From a virus, in the IMG/VR virus record IMGVR_UViG_3300021495_000001, positions 1 to 64,000 of that record: a stretch of DNA of 64,000 nt; one strand, 5' to 3'. Every line of letters begins with the position of its first letter. Positions within the stretch are counted from its first letter, which is position 1. Made by a program: the position numbers and the translations under genes. Shown here piece by piece: positions 24,396-33,248 of the stretch. The notes under the pieces were generated by a model. The model had not been told where the DNA came from. It ran no database searches and saw nothing but the letters and a program-made list of their open reading frames with translations.

Positions 24396-26006
24396 CTAAT
24401 ATTCCTCCTCTCCATCAGGCCACCAATTACTCACCCTCTTCCCCCTCTCACTCATTACTATCTGCTCCAACCCCACCCCCTTAGCCAATGCATTAAATGC
24501 CCCTGCTGCTGCATCTACCTGGTCTTTGTATGTCCCATGGGGGAAAAACCGATGCTCCTCTATAAACTCCTCGTTCCATCCCCCCTGTAACAATACTACA
24601 TTCCCTGCATTCACCTGCACGCTATACGGGTCAGCCCTGTATACCTTGTTTCCAGTGGGTCGGTCTATCTCAACATGAAACCCAGCAAGATTTCTCACCG
24701 TCCCCTCAGCGCTCTCCTTTCCCCCACTCCCCGGCTCCTGCTCCACATACACCACACACCCACTACCATCCACCTCAGCCACCTCCCTGATTATCCTCTC
24801 CCTCTCATCACTACTCCACCTCCCCCGCCTAACATCCAATACCATAAACTTCCCATTATTCAACTTACACATCTTTACCCCCACCGTATATGCCCCACCA
24901 CCCTCTGTCCCTGCCTTATCCCAGTACCTCACTGTTTCTACTATGTCTATAGGCAAGGGTAGCTGGGTAGCTATTTGGAAATGCTCCACTTTGAACATCC
25001 CCCCGCCGGGTGGTACAGGGTGCTGTCCTACCTGCCCCGCATAACCATACTGGCCTAGCTCTGCCTGCATATCCTCTAGCACCTTCCACGGCATCCGTAC
25101 TGGGTCCAGCAAGCCATTCACATAGTACCGGCACAGCTCTGGTGGTTGTAGTTGCTCTCGGTAGTTCTGTATCTCCCCCGGCAAACATATCAGCCTCACC
25201 CCCTTCCAGCTCCGTAGTATATGTCCTGAGGGGTCATTTTGGTGGAGGCGTTGCATAATGAGTATCACCGGGGTCACTTCCTTGTCTGCCTTCCGTGTTG
25301 ATAGCGTCTGGTCTATCCACCGGTTTGCACTTTGCAGTTCCTTCTCACTCACTGCCCTATTTGGGTCTACTGGGTCATCCACTATCAATATATGTCCATG
25401 AAACCCAGTCAGTGTGCCCCCTACAGATGTGGAGTACCGGTTACCGCCTGGCCTTACTACTTCTCCTTTACTGTGGCGGACTATACGGAAATTGCTTTTA
25501 GTATCCTTGTCTTTTTTTACACTTAGGTGGGGAAAAAGAGCCTTAAACCTATCACTACGGACTATATCACGGCTTTTCTCTGCATGCTCCAAAGCCAATG
25601 CACCGCTATAACTGGCAACTATAAAGCACATCCAATACCAATTTACCCAACACCAGACTGGAAGCATTACACTGCATACGGTTGATTTTGTGGTTCCTGG
25701 GGGGATATTTATTACTAGGTCATACTGTTTGGGCTCTCGGTTAGCCACCTGTCTGGCCATCCTTGCAAGTTCACTGCATAGGTATTTTATATGCCAGTTC
25801 CACACTGGGGGGTCGTTGCTCACTACTGGCCAAAAGTATTGTAGAAAATAGAAGAAATCCCGCCGACATAGTTCTGCCCGCAGTTCATTCCTCATACCGT
25901 AGAGTTTATAAGCTTGTTGAAACTGTTGTTTTCGTTCTTCATAGTGTTTCTTTCGGATAAACCCCAGACGGCTACTCTTGCTTATCTTTCCCATCAGCCT
26001 GCTCAA
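24396..26006 (-). CDS. terL: Terminase large subunit
   Basis: Walker A-like INIPPGTTKST and Walker B HILIVDDP. The C-terminal nuclease region VEQEPGSGGKESAEG...YRADPYSVQVNAGNVVLL..GWNEEFIEEHRFFP.GTYKDQVDAAAGAFN is typical of Terminase_6-type TerL. Confidence 0.85.
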   Translation of the reverse strand: MSRLMGKISKSSRLGFIRKKHYEERKQQFQQAYKLYGMRNELRAELCRRDFFYFLQYFWPVVSNDPPVWNWHIKYLCSELARMARQVANREPKQYDLVINIPPGTTKSTVCSVMLPVWCWVNWYWMCFIVASYSGALALEHAEKSRDIVRSDRFKALFPHLSVKKDKDTKSNFRIVRHSKGEVVRPGGNRYSTSVGGTLTGFHGHILIVDDPVDPNRAVSEKELQSANRWIDQTLSTRKADKEVTPVILIMQRLHQNDPSGHILRSWKGVRLICLPGEIQNYREQLQPPELCRYYVNGLLDPVRMPWKVLEDMQAELGQYGYAGQVGQHPVPPGGGMFKVEHFQIATQLPLPIDIVETVRYWDKAGTEGGGAYTVGVKMCKLNNGKFMVLDVRRGRWSSDERERIIREVAEVDGSGCVVYVEQEPGSGGKESAEGTVRNLAGFHVEIDRPTGNKVYRADPYSVQVNAGNVVLLQGGWNEEFIEEHRFFPHGTYKDQVDAAAGAFNALAKGVGLEQIVMSERGKRVSNWWPDGEEEY

Positions 26007-26535
26007 TCTGCTCTATGGCCTGCACTAACTGATGTAGCTGTTCCACTGTCAACCTGCTTGGGTCTATCACTCGCTCTGCCTTTAATGGTCCTCCTTGTGG
26101 GCCCGTCAGCTCATGCACTTCCCTCAACCCTAAGCTCCGTGCCACCAGACCTGGGTTAAAAAACCCTAACACTGCGCCCTCAAACCTTTGTTGATATAGT
26201 ATTTGTTCCACCATATCCATCACTGCCAGATACCCCTCCTCCCCCCGCTCCTTCTTTACCCGTCGGGTGTAATACCACCAATGCTTTGTCATACCTAAAA
26301 AAGTGCAGAAACCCTCCAGAGTGAAAGGCCGTGGACGGGGGATTTTCTCTCTTCCCTTTTGGCCTTTATGGAACACCAGTTGCTCCTCATACAACGGGTT
26401 ATCCTCTACCCATTTAAAATACTGGCAGGCCGCCCGCCATAACGATTCAGGGGTAGGGTATTTGGGGGGTCGGGTAGGGGTTGGATAGAGGGGGGCATGG
26501 GTTGCCCGTTTTTGCCACCATCGGGTTCGTCTCAT
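25972..26535 (-). CDS. terS: Terminase small subunit (gp3-type)
   Basis: PTPESLWRAACQYFKWVEDNPL...RPFTLEGFCTFLGM resembles small-terminase N-terminal DNA-binding domains. It is the first gene of the late arm and overlaps the terL start. Confidence 0.6.
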   Translation of the reverse strand: MRRTRWWQKRATHAPLYPTPTRPPKYPTPESLWRAACQYFKWVEDNPLYEEQLVFHKGQKGREKIPRPRPFTLEGFCTFLGMTKHWWYYTRRVKKERGEEGYLAVMDMVEQILYQQRFEGAVLGFFNPGLVARSLGLREVHELTGPQGGPLKAERVIDPSRLTVEQLHQLVQAIEQIEQADGKDKQE

Positions 26536-26619
26536 CTCTTTATATAGTATAAGGGAAAAGGGGTGGAAAAATAAAGGGGGAAAATTTTAAAAAAATTTAA
26601 AAAAATTTCAAAAAAGGGC

Positions 26620-26648
26620 TTGACTTTTTGAAAAAGCTATTATATAAT
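26620..26648 (+). promoter_or_regulatory. Early rightward sigma-70 promoter (TTGACT-17-TATAAT)
   Basis: TTGACT at 26620-26625, a 17-nt spacer, TATAAT at 26643-26648. Phased A-tracts lie upstream (26581-26615). It sits 30 nt upstream of ATG 26678 with RBS aggagg. Confidence 0.65.
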
Positions 26649-26677
26649 AGGGTAAAATAAAGGAAGGAGGTAAGAGG

Positions 26678-27562
26678 ATGGAATTCAAAATTGAAAAAGA
26701 GGTAAAGGGTAAAAAAGTTTTAATAAAAATAGAGCCTCTCAAATTATCTGAAAGTGGACAGCTTGAATTATGTTACTCTTTCCCAGGGCAAAAATATGAA
26801 GTGGGGAAGTTCTCCCCCCACAAAAAAGCCCTTATATTCCCACTTCCTGAAAAAATTAATGGTGTAAAAGCAAGTGGAATTAGCCTGCCTGATAATATCT
26901 GTCATGAGTTAGAGAAAATCCAAAAACATTTAAAGCAAGAACAAAAGGCAGCTTTTGATGAAGCATTTGAAAAAGCATTGACTTTACGCTACTACAACGG
27001 TGATTGGTACAGAACTATTGGATTTTGGGCAAAGGACGCATCAGCAGATGATGAAATAAAAGAAAGAATAAAAAAAGAGAATGACTACTGGTTACTGGCT
27101 GACCCTGATAAAATTGCAGAACAATATTTTAACCTCAAAAGATATTACTCAAAAGAAGAAGTAGAAAAAGTTACAAAGCAAATGGAACAAAAAGGTTTTC
27201 AAGTCAAAATAATTCTAATAGGGGAAGAAAAAGATACAGGCTATATAAAAGAAATAACTGCACCATGGGGGGTCTGGAAAGAACAAATTTTTAAGCCTCT
27301 GGTAGAAAAGGTCAAAGAGAAAGAAAGGAAAAGAGCAGAAGAATATCAAAATAAACTTAAAAAGGCATTGAAAAAGGCCAAAGAAACAGGCAAGCCTCAA
27401 ATAGTCCAAGTCTTAGGACACATAGATGGGGACGATAGGGAGGAGGTTAAAAGACATTGTCCACAGTTTCTAAAGGACTTTGGGGAGTTGGGTGTTATTA
27501 CAGTTTATGAAGTAGTGTATCCTGACGGGAAAATTACTGAAGAATACTCACCAAGCTATTAG
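26678..27562 (+). CDS. Hypothetical early protein
   Basis: 294-aa ORF, first gene after the early promoter, with a strong RBS. Confidence 0.6.
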   Translation: MEFKIEKEVKGKKVLIKIEPLKLSESGQLELCYSFPGQKYEVGKFSPHKKALIFPLPEKINGVKASGISLPDNICHELEKIQKHLKQEQKAAFDEAFEKALTLRYYNGDWYRTIGFWAKDASADDEIKERIKKENDYWLLADPDKIAEQYFNLKRYYSKEEVEKVTKQMEQKGFQVKIILIGEEKDTGYIKEITAPWGVWKEQIFKPLVEKVKEKERKRAEEYQNKLKKALKKAKETGKPQIVQVLGHIDGDDREEVKRHCPQFLKDFGELGVITVYEVVYPDGKITEEYSPSY

Positions 27563-27577
27563 AAAGGAGGTAAGAGG

Positions 27578-27745
27578 ATGAGAACAGCCGTCTATAAAGG
27601 GGTCAAAATTCTATTGGTGGAAGCTAATTTAGCTTTCATCAACAAACCAGGGGATGTCCTAAGATTGGGCATCTTTGCCGGGTATCCTCTATCAAAAATG
27701 AAGGAATTGATTGATTTAAAAAAAGGAGGAGAAGATGACAAGTAA
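27578..27745 (+). CDS. Hypothetical small protein (55 aa, below ORF-track cutoff)
   Basis: Manual reading gives aggaggtaagagg ATG. The same 16-nt RBS/start context occurs at 26678. Product MRTAVYKGVKILLVEANLAF... Confidence 0.4.
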   Translation: MRTAVYKGVKILLVEANLAFINKPGDVLRLGIFAGYPLSKMKELIDLKKGGEDDK

Positions 27746-28004
27746 AGAGTTTAAAAATTTGGTAAAGAAAGCAATGCAAATAAGAGTTTCATCTATTGAA
27801 TGTGCTGAACCACTTTTTGGGATTGGCCTTAAATCTGAAAGAGAAAGCAGAGGAATTACCAGAAGACATAAACTACTAATCACGCCTGAAGCAGCTATAG
27901 CATTTATTAGGTATCAGACTCTAAGATTAGATGGAACTTTAGATTTGGAAGAGCTTAACGATATTAAATGGCTTTTTATCAACTTTGTAGAAGTAGTCTA
28001 TTAA
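27735..28004 (+). CDS. Hypothetical protein
   Basis: 89-aa ORF with RBS aaaggaggagaag ATG. Confidence 0.5.
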   Translation: MTSKEFKNLVKKAMQIRVSSIECAEPLFGIGLKSERESRGITRRHKLLITPEAAIAFIRYQTLRLDGTLDLEELNDIKWLFINFVEVVY

Positions 28005-28017
28005 GGGGGGGGGTAGA

Positions 28018-28218
28018 ATGGCAAACAAGAGTAAAGAAGAGATAATAGAGTTCTTCAAATATAGCAACAATCCCATCATCCAATCAATCCTCTTCCAGTG
28101 GAACTACTATAATAGGATAACAAGGAAACAACTTGCCTTTCTACAAAAAGAAAAAGACAAAATTGAAAAGAAATGCAAAGAAATAAGACAAAGGGAGGTG
28201 AAGAAGAATGGCAGATAG
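28018..28218 (+). CDS. Hypothetical protein
   Basis: 66-aa ORF with a Lys-rich C-terminus. Confidence 0.45.
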   Translation: MANKSKEEIIEFFKYSNNPIIQSILFQWNYYNRITRKQLAFLQKEKDKIEKKCKEIRQREVKKNGR

Positions 28219-28447
28219 ATGGCAACTAGATGCAGATTGGGTAAAAAACAGGGCTTGTCTAAGCCTAATCCAAAAAGACAGGGCATGGAAATATCACCAA
28301 TTTGCAAATGGTGATGAAGAAATCTGTTACTACCAGGACGGAGAACGAATAGAAATTTCCCCATACAAACTGGAAAAAATCGAGCCAGAACTACTGTGGG
28401 AAATGCGACGGAGGTGGGATGCAATAGAGTTAATTTTGGGAAGATAA
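28208..28447 (+). CDS. Hypothetical protein
   Basis: 79-aa ORF with RBS gggaggtgaagaag ATG. Confidence 0.45.
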   Translation: MADRWQLDADWVKNRACLSLIQKDRAWKYHQFANGDEEICYYQDGERIEISPYKLEKIEPELLWEMRRRWDAIELILGR

Positions 28448-28471
28448 TAAAGAAACGAAGGGGGACTTGAA

Positions 28472-28705
28472 ATGGCTACTTTTTGTATTCATATCCGAGA
28501 AAGTAAAACTATTTTATCTTTTATAGATGAACACTACTGCTCTGACGGTGAAGCACCTCTAGCCTATAAACCAATTGAGGTGTGGGTATATAAGGGGTAC
28601 AGCTTTACAGGAAAAATCCGAGATGGTTTTATACATTGCTCATCTTGGAAATATAAAGTTAAATTTGGCAAGCTTGTTGTAGCCTGTCGGATAGATGACG
28701 TTTAA
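28472..28705 (+). CDS. Hypothetical protein
   Basis: 77-aa ORF with an RBS. Confidence 0.45.
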   Translation: MATFCIHIRESKTILSFIDEHYCSDGEAPLAYKPIEVWVYKGYSFTGKIRDGFIHCSSWKYKVKFGKLVVACRIDDV

Positions 28706-28723
28706 AAAAGGGAGGGAAGACAA

Positions 28724-29149
28724 ATGACAGAAATGGAAAAAGAAGCAAAAAGGCTAGAAAAATTAATGCCTGTAAGTAAGGCATGGAACAGGTTAAGATT
28801 ATTAAGGTTTCCATGTTTTGAACCCTGTGAAGGAGACCACGAAACAAAAAATGCTCTGCCCAAAATGGCAATGCGAGATGTAGGCAAAAACGGTTGGCCG
28901 TGCAGTGTTTGCAAACTGCGCAGCTCAACCGAATGTGGATTAAATCAAGTTTTAAACTTGCAATGGGCAATTTTTAAGACAAAGATAAAGGATGGGAAAG
29001 TTACTTGCCAATGGTGCGGTAAAACTCCAAAAATCTCTGATTGCCATTATGATGAAGGCGGGCCAATTTGGTGTCCGCATTGTGGAAACAGGACAGGTAG
29101 TTTTTATTTTAAGGAAGTCAATATTGCTTATGAAAGGAGGTCTGAATGA
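28724..29149 (+). CDS. Cys-rich zinc-ribbon protein
   Basis: 141 aa with CSVCKLRSSTEC..., CQWCGKTPKISDCH and CPHCGNRTG. Confidence 0.5.
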   Translation: MTEMEKEAKRLEKLMPVSKAWNRLRLLRFPCFEPCEGDHETKNALPKMAMRDVGKNGWPCSVCKLRSSTECGLNQVLNLQWAIFKTKIKDGKVTCQWCGKTPKISDCHYDEGGPIWCPHCGNRTGSFYFKEVNIAYERRSE

Positions 29150-29337
29150 ACTACAGAACATACCAACAAATACTAACAAGGTTCTTTGAGTATCATGACA
29201 TCCTGTTTGGGCAAGCTAAATTCAATCCAACTGGCAAAAAACCTTCTACTAGGAAAAGAGGACATCTTACAAAATGTGTTCTTAAAAGGAGAAGAAGAAA
29301 TGAAATCGCAAAGGAAACAAGGAGGAAACAAAAATGA
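29146..29337 (+). CDS. Small basic protein
   Basis: 63 aa with ATGA coupling and an Arg/Lys-rich C-terminus. Confidence 0.4.
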   Translation: MNYRTYQQILTRFFEYHDILFGQAKFNPTGKKPSTRKRGHLTKCVLKRRRRNEIAKETRRKQK

Positions 29338-29408
29338 TTGATTTCTTTGGCTTTTTAATAGCAATTTGGTTGATTGGATGGATTACAGTAAAATGGATAA
29401 ACAATTAA
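29334..29408 (+). CDS. Possible 24-aa hydrophobic peptide
   Basis: Manual reading: ATGA overlap with the upstream stop, product MIDFFGFLIAIWLIGWITVKWINN. Confidence 0.25.
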   Translation: MIDFFGFLIAIWLIGWITVKWINN

Positions 29409-29421
29409 AAGGAGGTATAAA

Positions 29422-29610
29422 ATGCCTGGAGCTTATAAATGTAAAAATTGTGGGCATATTGATTATTATTATGGAAGTCCTTTGTGGGTTCAAAAATGCA
29501 AAAAATGCCACAAACCAATAGGATTAAAACAACAAAATAAACCCAAAGATAAGCAAAAAATGAAAGGTTCATTAGCTTGCTTAGATGAAAAGGAGGTTAA
29601 CAATGTATAA
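29422..29610 (+). CDS. Small zinc-ribbon protein
   Basis: CKNCGH...CKKCHK. RBS aaaggaggtataaa ATG. Confidence 0.5.
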   Translation: MPGAYKCKNCGHIDYYYGSPLWVQKCKKCHKPIGLKQQNKPKDKQKMKGSLACLDEKEVNNV

Positions 29611-29803
29611 AAAAACACCCAAAAAGAAACTACCTAAAGTAGGGTTTAACCGTTTTGGTCACCGTTCCCATGCCAAAGGAATGAGGCGACTAATGGCAAA
29701 TAAAAACTTTAGGAAAGCGATTGAAAGCACTCTATGCAACCAATGTAAAAGGCTAAAACAGGAATTGGTAAAAGGGGGAAAACATGAAACCAATACTACA
29801 TAA
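29603..29803 (+). CDS. Small basic protein
   Basis: Start is set at MYKKTPKK, preceded by aaggagg. Lys/Arg-rich. Confidence 0.4.
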   Translation: MYKKTPKKKLPKVGFNRFGHRSHAKGMRRLMANKNFRKAIESTLCNQCKRLKQELVKGGKHETNTT

Positions 29804-30134
29804 TCTATATATAGACATAATCATCCTGCTAGCTGCTCTATGGATTGCCTCAAGTTTCATATTCCTTCACATCTGGCAAGAGATAGACCCCCCACCCCAA
29901 GATACCCAAATAGCACTCACTAAACAACCAGCAAACTGGGTTTCCACTAGAAAAATCACTAGAAATACCTACAAAACTGCTATCTCTCTTGAGCCTAATC
30001 TCCCCCCTGTAGAAGCAATGGAGGTGGCACAATATTTTATCAGGCAGAGATGTAAAAAAGCTAAAATAAAGAAGATAGCCATCTTGTACACAGTAAAGAC
30101 AAACATCTGGGTAATATGGAGGAAAGGAAAATGA
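29784..30134 (+). CDS. Membrane protein (one TM)
   Basis: IDIIILLAALWIASSFIFLHIW is a hydrophobic segment. Confidence 0.45.
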   Translation: MKPILHNLYIDIIILLAALWIASSFIFLHIWQEIDPPPQDTQIALTKQPANWVSTRKITRNTYKTAISLEPNLPPVEAMEVAQYFIRQRCKKAKIKKIAILYTVKTNIWVIWRKGK

Positions 30135-31759
30135 GGGCAAGTCTAATGGGACAAAAAATCAAAATCCAATTCCCCTTCAACCCCAAATCCCTGCAGACAA
30201 TAGATACCCTGCAAAAGGTGAAAACTCTACTGGGACGCAGATATCACAGAGAGGGGAGGTTTTGGTCATGCCCTCTCACTGTAAAATCAGCCCAACAACT
30301 CAAAGAGTGGGGGTTTCAGCTAGACCCTAAACTAGAACACTTCCTCCAATCCAAACTACATCCAACCCCCCCTAAGCCAATCCCCACCATCCCAGGCCTC
30401 AGGGGGGAGTTATACCCATTCCAAAACATTGGCGTTTCTTTCATAGAAAGTAGGCAAGGCAGAGCACTAATAGGGGATGAAATGGGATTGGGGAAAACTG
30501 TTGAAACTCTAGCCTGGTTACAGCTTCATCCTGAAAAAAGACCAGCCATAATTGTCTGCCCAGCATCTTTAAAACTAAACTGGGAAGAAGAAATACAGAG
30601 GTGGATAGAAAGAAGGCCAGAAAATATCCCCCAAGTGCTGTCTGGGACAAAGCCCAGTGGAGGTTTCATCCATGGAAAAATCCTTATCATCAACTATGAC
30701 ATCCTTCATGCATGGACAGAGAAAATACAAAAACTCCATCCACAAGTAATAATACTAGATGAGGCTCATCTCACAAAAAACAGAAAAGCAAAAAGGACTA
30801 AAGCAGTCAACATCATAGCTAGAAATGTCCCCCACATTATTGGACTAACTGGCACCCCCATTACAAGCAGGCCAGTAGAGTTCTTTAATACGCTCCACCT
30901 TATAGACCCCACACTATTCCCTGATTTCTGGACATATGCACACCGCTATTGTGATCCCCATCATAATGGATATGGGTGGAACTTCAAAGGTGCATCCAAT
31001 ACTGAAGAGCTACACCAGCTACTTACCCGAACAATCATGCTTAGGCGGAGAAAGGAAGAAGTATTGCAGGAACTCCCCAGTAAAATCCGCTCCGCCATAC
31101 CCATAGAACTAACCAACAAGGAGGAATATAAATTAGCCGAAAGGGATTTCATTACATGGATACAATCTGTAGGGAAAGCAAAGGTGGGAGTAAAAATCCA
31201 AGCTCTAGCTAAAATAGAATACCTAAAACAAATAGCCCTAAAAGGTAAAATTAGCCAATGTATACAGTGGATAAAAGATTTCTTAGAAGTGGAAGATAAG
31301 CTAATTGTTTTTGCCATCCACAGAAATACAATCAACACCCTCATGCAGGAGTTCAAGGGGGTAGCAGTCAAAGTAGACGGCTCAGTGACAAAAGAGAAAA
31401 GGCAAGAGGCAGTCCAAGCCTTCCAAAGTAATCCCAACTATAAGCTTTTCATTGGTAATATAAAAGCTGCAGGAGTGGGATTAACTCTAACCGCATCATC
31501 AAATGTGGTATTTCTTGAACTGCCATGGACACCTGGTGAGCTGGGGCAGGCAGAGGATAGGGCACATAGGATTGGTCAGAAAAAGGCAGTTAACATTTAC
31601 TACTTGCTAGCTAGGGGTACAATAGAAGAGAAGATTGCAAAATTACTGGACATAAAAAAGAAAGTTTTGGGGAGAGTGCTAGATGGGCAAGAGGTAGGAG
31701 AGGAGACATTGTTGACTACCCTCTTAGCCTCTTATGAAAAAAGGAAAGGAGGTGAATGA
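30131..31759 (+). CDS. SNF2-family DNA-dependent ATPase/helicase
   Basis: GDEMGLGKT (motif I), ILDEAHLTKN (DEAH), GLTGTPI, QAEDRAHRIGQ (motif VI). Start is set at MRASL after ggagga. Confidence 0.85.
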   Translation: MRASLMGQKIKIQFPFNPKSLQTIDTLQKVKTLLGRRYHREGRFWSCPLTVKSAQQLKEWGFQLDPKLEHFLQSKLHPTPPKPIPTIPGLRGELYPFQNIGVSFIESRQGRALIGDEMGLGKTVETLAWLQLHPEKRPAIIVCPASLKLNWEEEIQRWIERRPENIPQVLSGTKPSGGFIHGKILIINYDILHAWTEKIQKLHPQVIILDEAHLTKNRKAKRTKAVNIIARNVPHIIGLTGTPITSRPVEFFNTLHLIDPTLFPDFWTYAHRYCDPHHNGYGWNFKGASNTEELHQLLTRTIMLRRRKEEVLQELPSKIRSAIPIELTNKEEYKLAERDFITWIQSVGKAKVGVKIQALAKIEYLKQIALKGKISQCIQWIKDFLEVEDKLIVFAIHRNTINTLMQEFKGVAVKVDGSVTKEKRQEAVQAFQSNPNYKLFIGNIKAAGVGLTLTASSNVVFLELPWTPGELGQAEDRAHRIGQKKAVNIYYLLARGTIEEKIAKLLDIKKKVLGRVLDGQEVGEETLLTTLLASYEKRKGGE

Positions 31760-31761
31760 GA

Positions 31762-31923
31762 ATGAACCCAATAAAAGACACAGATATCCTTTTATGGAAG
31801 GAAACACCAACAAAAGAAGAAGAGGAGAGATGGAGAAAAGCATATGAAAAAGTAAGAAAACAAGAACTGGAAGAAGGAATTGAATTAGAAGAGGGGGATT
31901 TTGACTGGACAGAGGAGGAGTAA
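31762..31923 (+). CDS. Hypothetical small acidic protein (53 aa)
   Basis: Manual reading: aaggaggtgaatgaga ATG; product MNPIKDTDILLWKETPTKEEEERW... Confidence 0.35.
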   Translation: MNPIKDTDILLWKETPTKEEEERWRKAYEKVRKQELEEGIELEEGDFDWTEEE

Positions 31924-31926
31924 ACG

Positions 31927-32097
31927 ATGAAACGGAAAGAATTTGAACAACTAAGAATAGGAAGTACTGTTTATGCCAAGGGAAGAAAAGCAAGAGTAGT
32001 GGAAAAAATGGGTGATAGGTTAGTGAAAATACAGTACATAGAAACAAAAAGAACAGCATGGAAACGGCCTAGACAAATAGAAAAAGAGAGGAGGTAA
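31927..32097 (+). CDS. Hypothetical small protein (56 aa, KOW/SH3-like)
   Basis: Manual reading: MKRKEFEQLRIGSTVYAKGRKARVVEKMGDRLVKIQY... It resembles 55260..55439 and 45824..46036. Confidence 0.35.
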   Translation: MKRKEFEQLRIGSTVYAKGRKARVVEKMGDRLVKIQYIETKRTAWKRPRQIEKERR

Positions 32098-32099
32098 AA

Positions 32100-32609
32100 A
32101 TGATAGAAAGTTACCAAAACATGTTGAGAAAATTAGCATGGAGCTTTTCCCACACCACTGGGCAACCTTTTGAAGACCTATTATCAGTGGGTTATCTAGC
32201 TTACCTCACTGCAAAAGAGAAATACCAACGTGGAAATGGGGCTCAGTTTGGAACATACCTGTATGCAGTGGTAAAGAATGCATTGATTGATTTTTGTAAA
32301 GCTGAACAGGACGAGGCGACCAGCCTTGAACAATTCAACCCAGCCTTGCTAGTCTCTCCTCTACCTACTCCAGAAGAAAGACTACTATTCACTACCACCA
32401 TAAACCAGCTAAGCACAGAAGCAAAAATGGTATGCAAAATGATATTCTCCACCCCACACGAGTATGCAATGGCAATAGAGACCCCCAAAAAAGCCAAGAC
32501 AAAGCTCAAAAAACGACTAAGACAACTGGGGTGGACGTATGCAAAAATACAAAAAACCATGGCCGAAATAACAGCTACAGTAAGGGAGGAAGGGGCATGG
32601 AACGAATAA
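32100..32609 (+). CDS. Sigma-70-like factor (region 2 plus divergent region 4)
   Basis: FEDLLSVGYLAYLTAKEKYQRGNGAQFGTYLYAVVKNALIDFCKAE matches sigma region 2.1-2.4. The C-terminus KKRLRQLGWTYAKIQKTMAEI is HTH-like. Confidence 0.55.
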   Translation: MIESYQNMLRKLAWSFSHTTGQPFEDLLSVGYLAYLTAKEKYQRGNGAQFGTYLYAVVKNALIDFCKAEQDEATSLEQFNPALLVSPLPTPEERLLFTTTINQLSTEAKMVCKMIFSTPHEYAMAIETPKKAKTKLKKRLRQLGWTYAKIQKTMAEITATVREEGAWNE

Positions 32610-32836
32610 GAAAGAATAGAAGAGAAAGAAAATATACACTAGGGGGATTTGTCCCTGACCCACCCCCAAACTGCAAATCACCCTCTATCATTGAAATGCC
32701 AGATGGTTCCAAATGGGTTGATGCAGTCCTATGTGCTACTTTCTGCCATCCAAACTATTGTCAAGTAGCTAAAACATATTTCAAAAAATTAAAAGCACAG
32801 AGGAGGAAAAACAAAAATGATATGCAGTCTATGTAA
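32597..32836 (+). CDS. Hypothetical basic Cys-containing protein
   Basis: Start is set at MERIRKNRRE after gggaggaagggGC. The ORF-track version (32432) overlaps the sigma gene. Confidence 0.4.
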   Translation: MERIRKNRRERKYTLGGFVPDPPPNCKSPSIIEMPDGSKWVDAVLCATFCHPNYCQVAKTYFKKLKAQRRKNKNDMQSM

Positions 32837-33239
32837 AAAAAGAACGAATGCCACATTCTATGTCAATGGACGGGACCTATGTAAAGAGTGCTATGCTGTC
32901 TGGAAGGAAGATTACCATGTCTGCAAAATCTGTGGGAAACTAGAACCTGCTACATATGTCACTGAAGTAAAGGAAAAGCTTAGAAAAGAACAAATTTGTT
33001 TTGAATGTTGGCATTGGCTATGCCTCATCAAAAGAGCAAATGACCCCAGAAGCGTGAGAATCAAACATCACCACTACTGGATAGGTAACGGGAAAGGGTC
33101 TTTCAAAGGATTTGGAGGGCGACATTTCAAAATAAAAATTTTTAATGGGAAAATTATAGAAACAAATGACTTATGGTATCAAGGGGAAATACCTGAAAGG
33201 TTCTGGGAAGAGTTGCCTGATAATGCAGAGTTTATCTAG
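32817..33239 (+). CDS. Zinc-ribbon protein
   Basis: CSLCKK...CKECY...CKICG...CFECWHWLC in the N-terminal half. Conserved-looking C-terminus KGFGGRHFKIKIFNGKIIETNDLWYQGEIPERF. Confidence 0.5.
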   Translation: MICSLCKKRTNATFYVNGRDLCKECYAVWKEDYHVCKICGKLEPATYVTEVKEKLRKEQICFECWHWLCLIKRANDPRSVRIKHHHYWIGNGKGSFKGFGGRHFKIKIFNGKIIETNDLWYQGEIPERFWEELPDNAEFI

Positions 33240-33248
33240 GGTGGAAGG

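Noticed and set aside
24916-25258. ORFs 24916..25188 (minus, alternative frame) and 25010..25258 (plus) inside the large terminase gene
   Set aside because: They are embedded in the terL coding region, have Ala/Pro/Gly/Thr-rich products and no RBS. They are frame artefacts.
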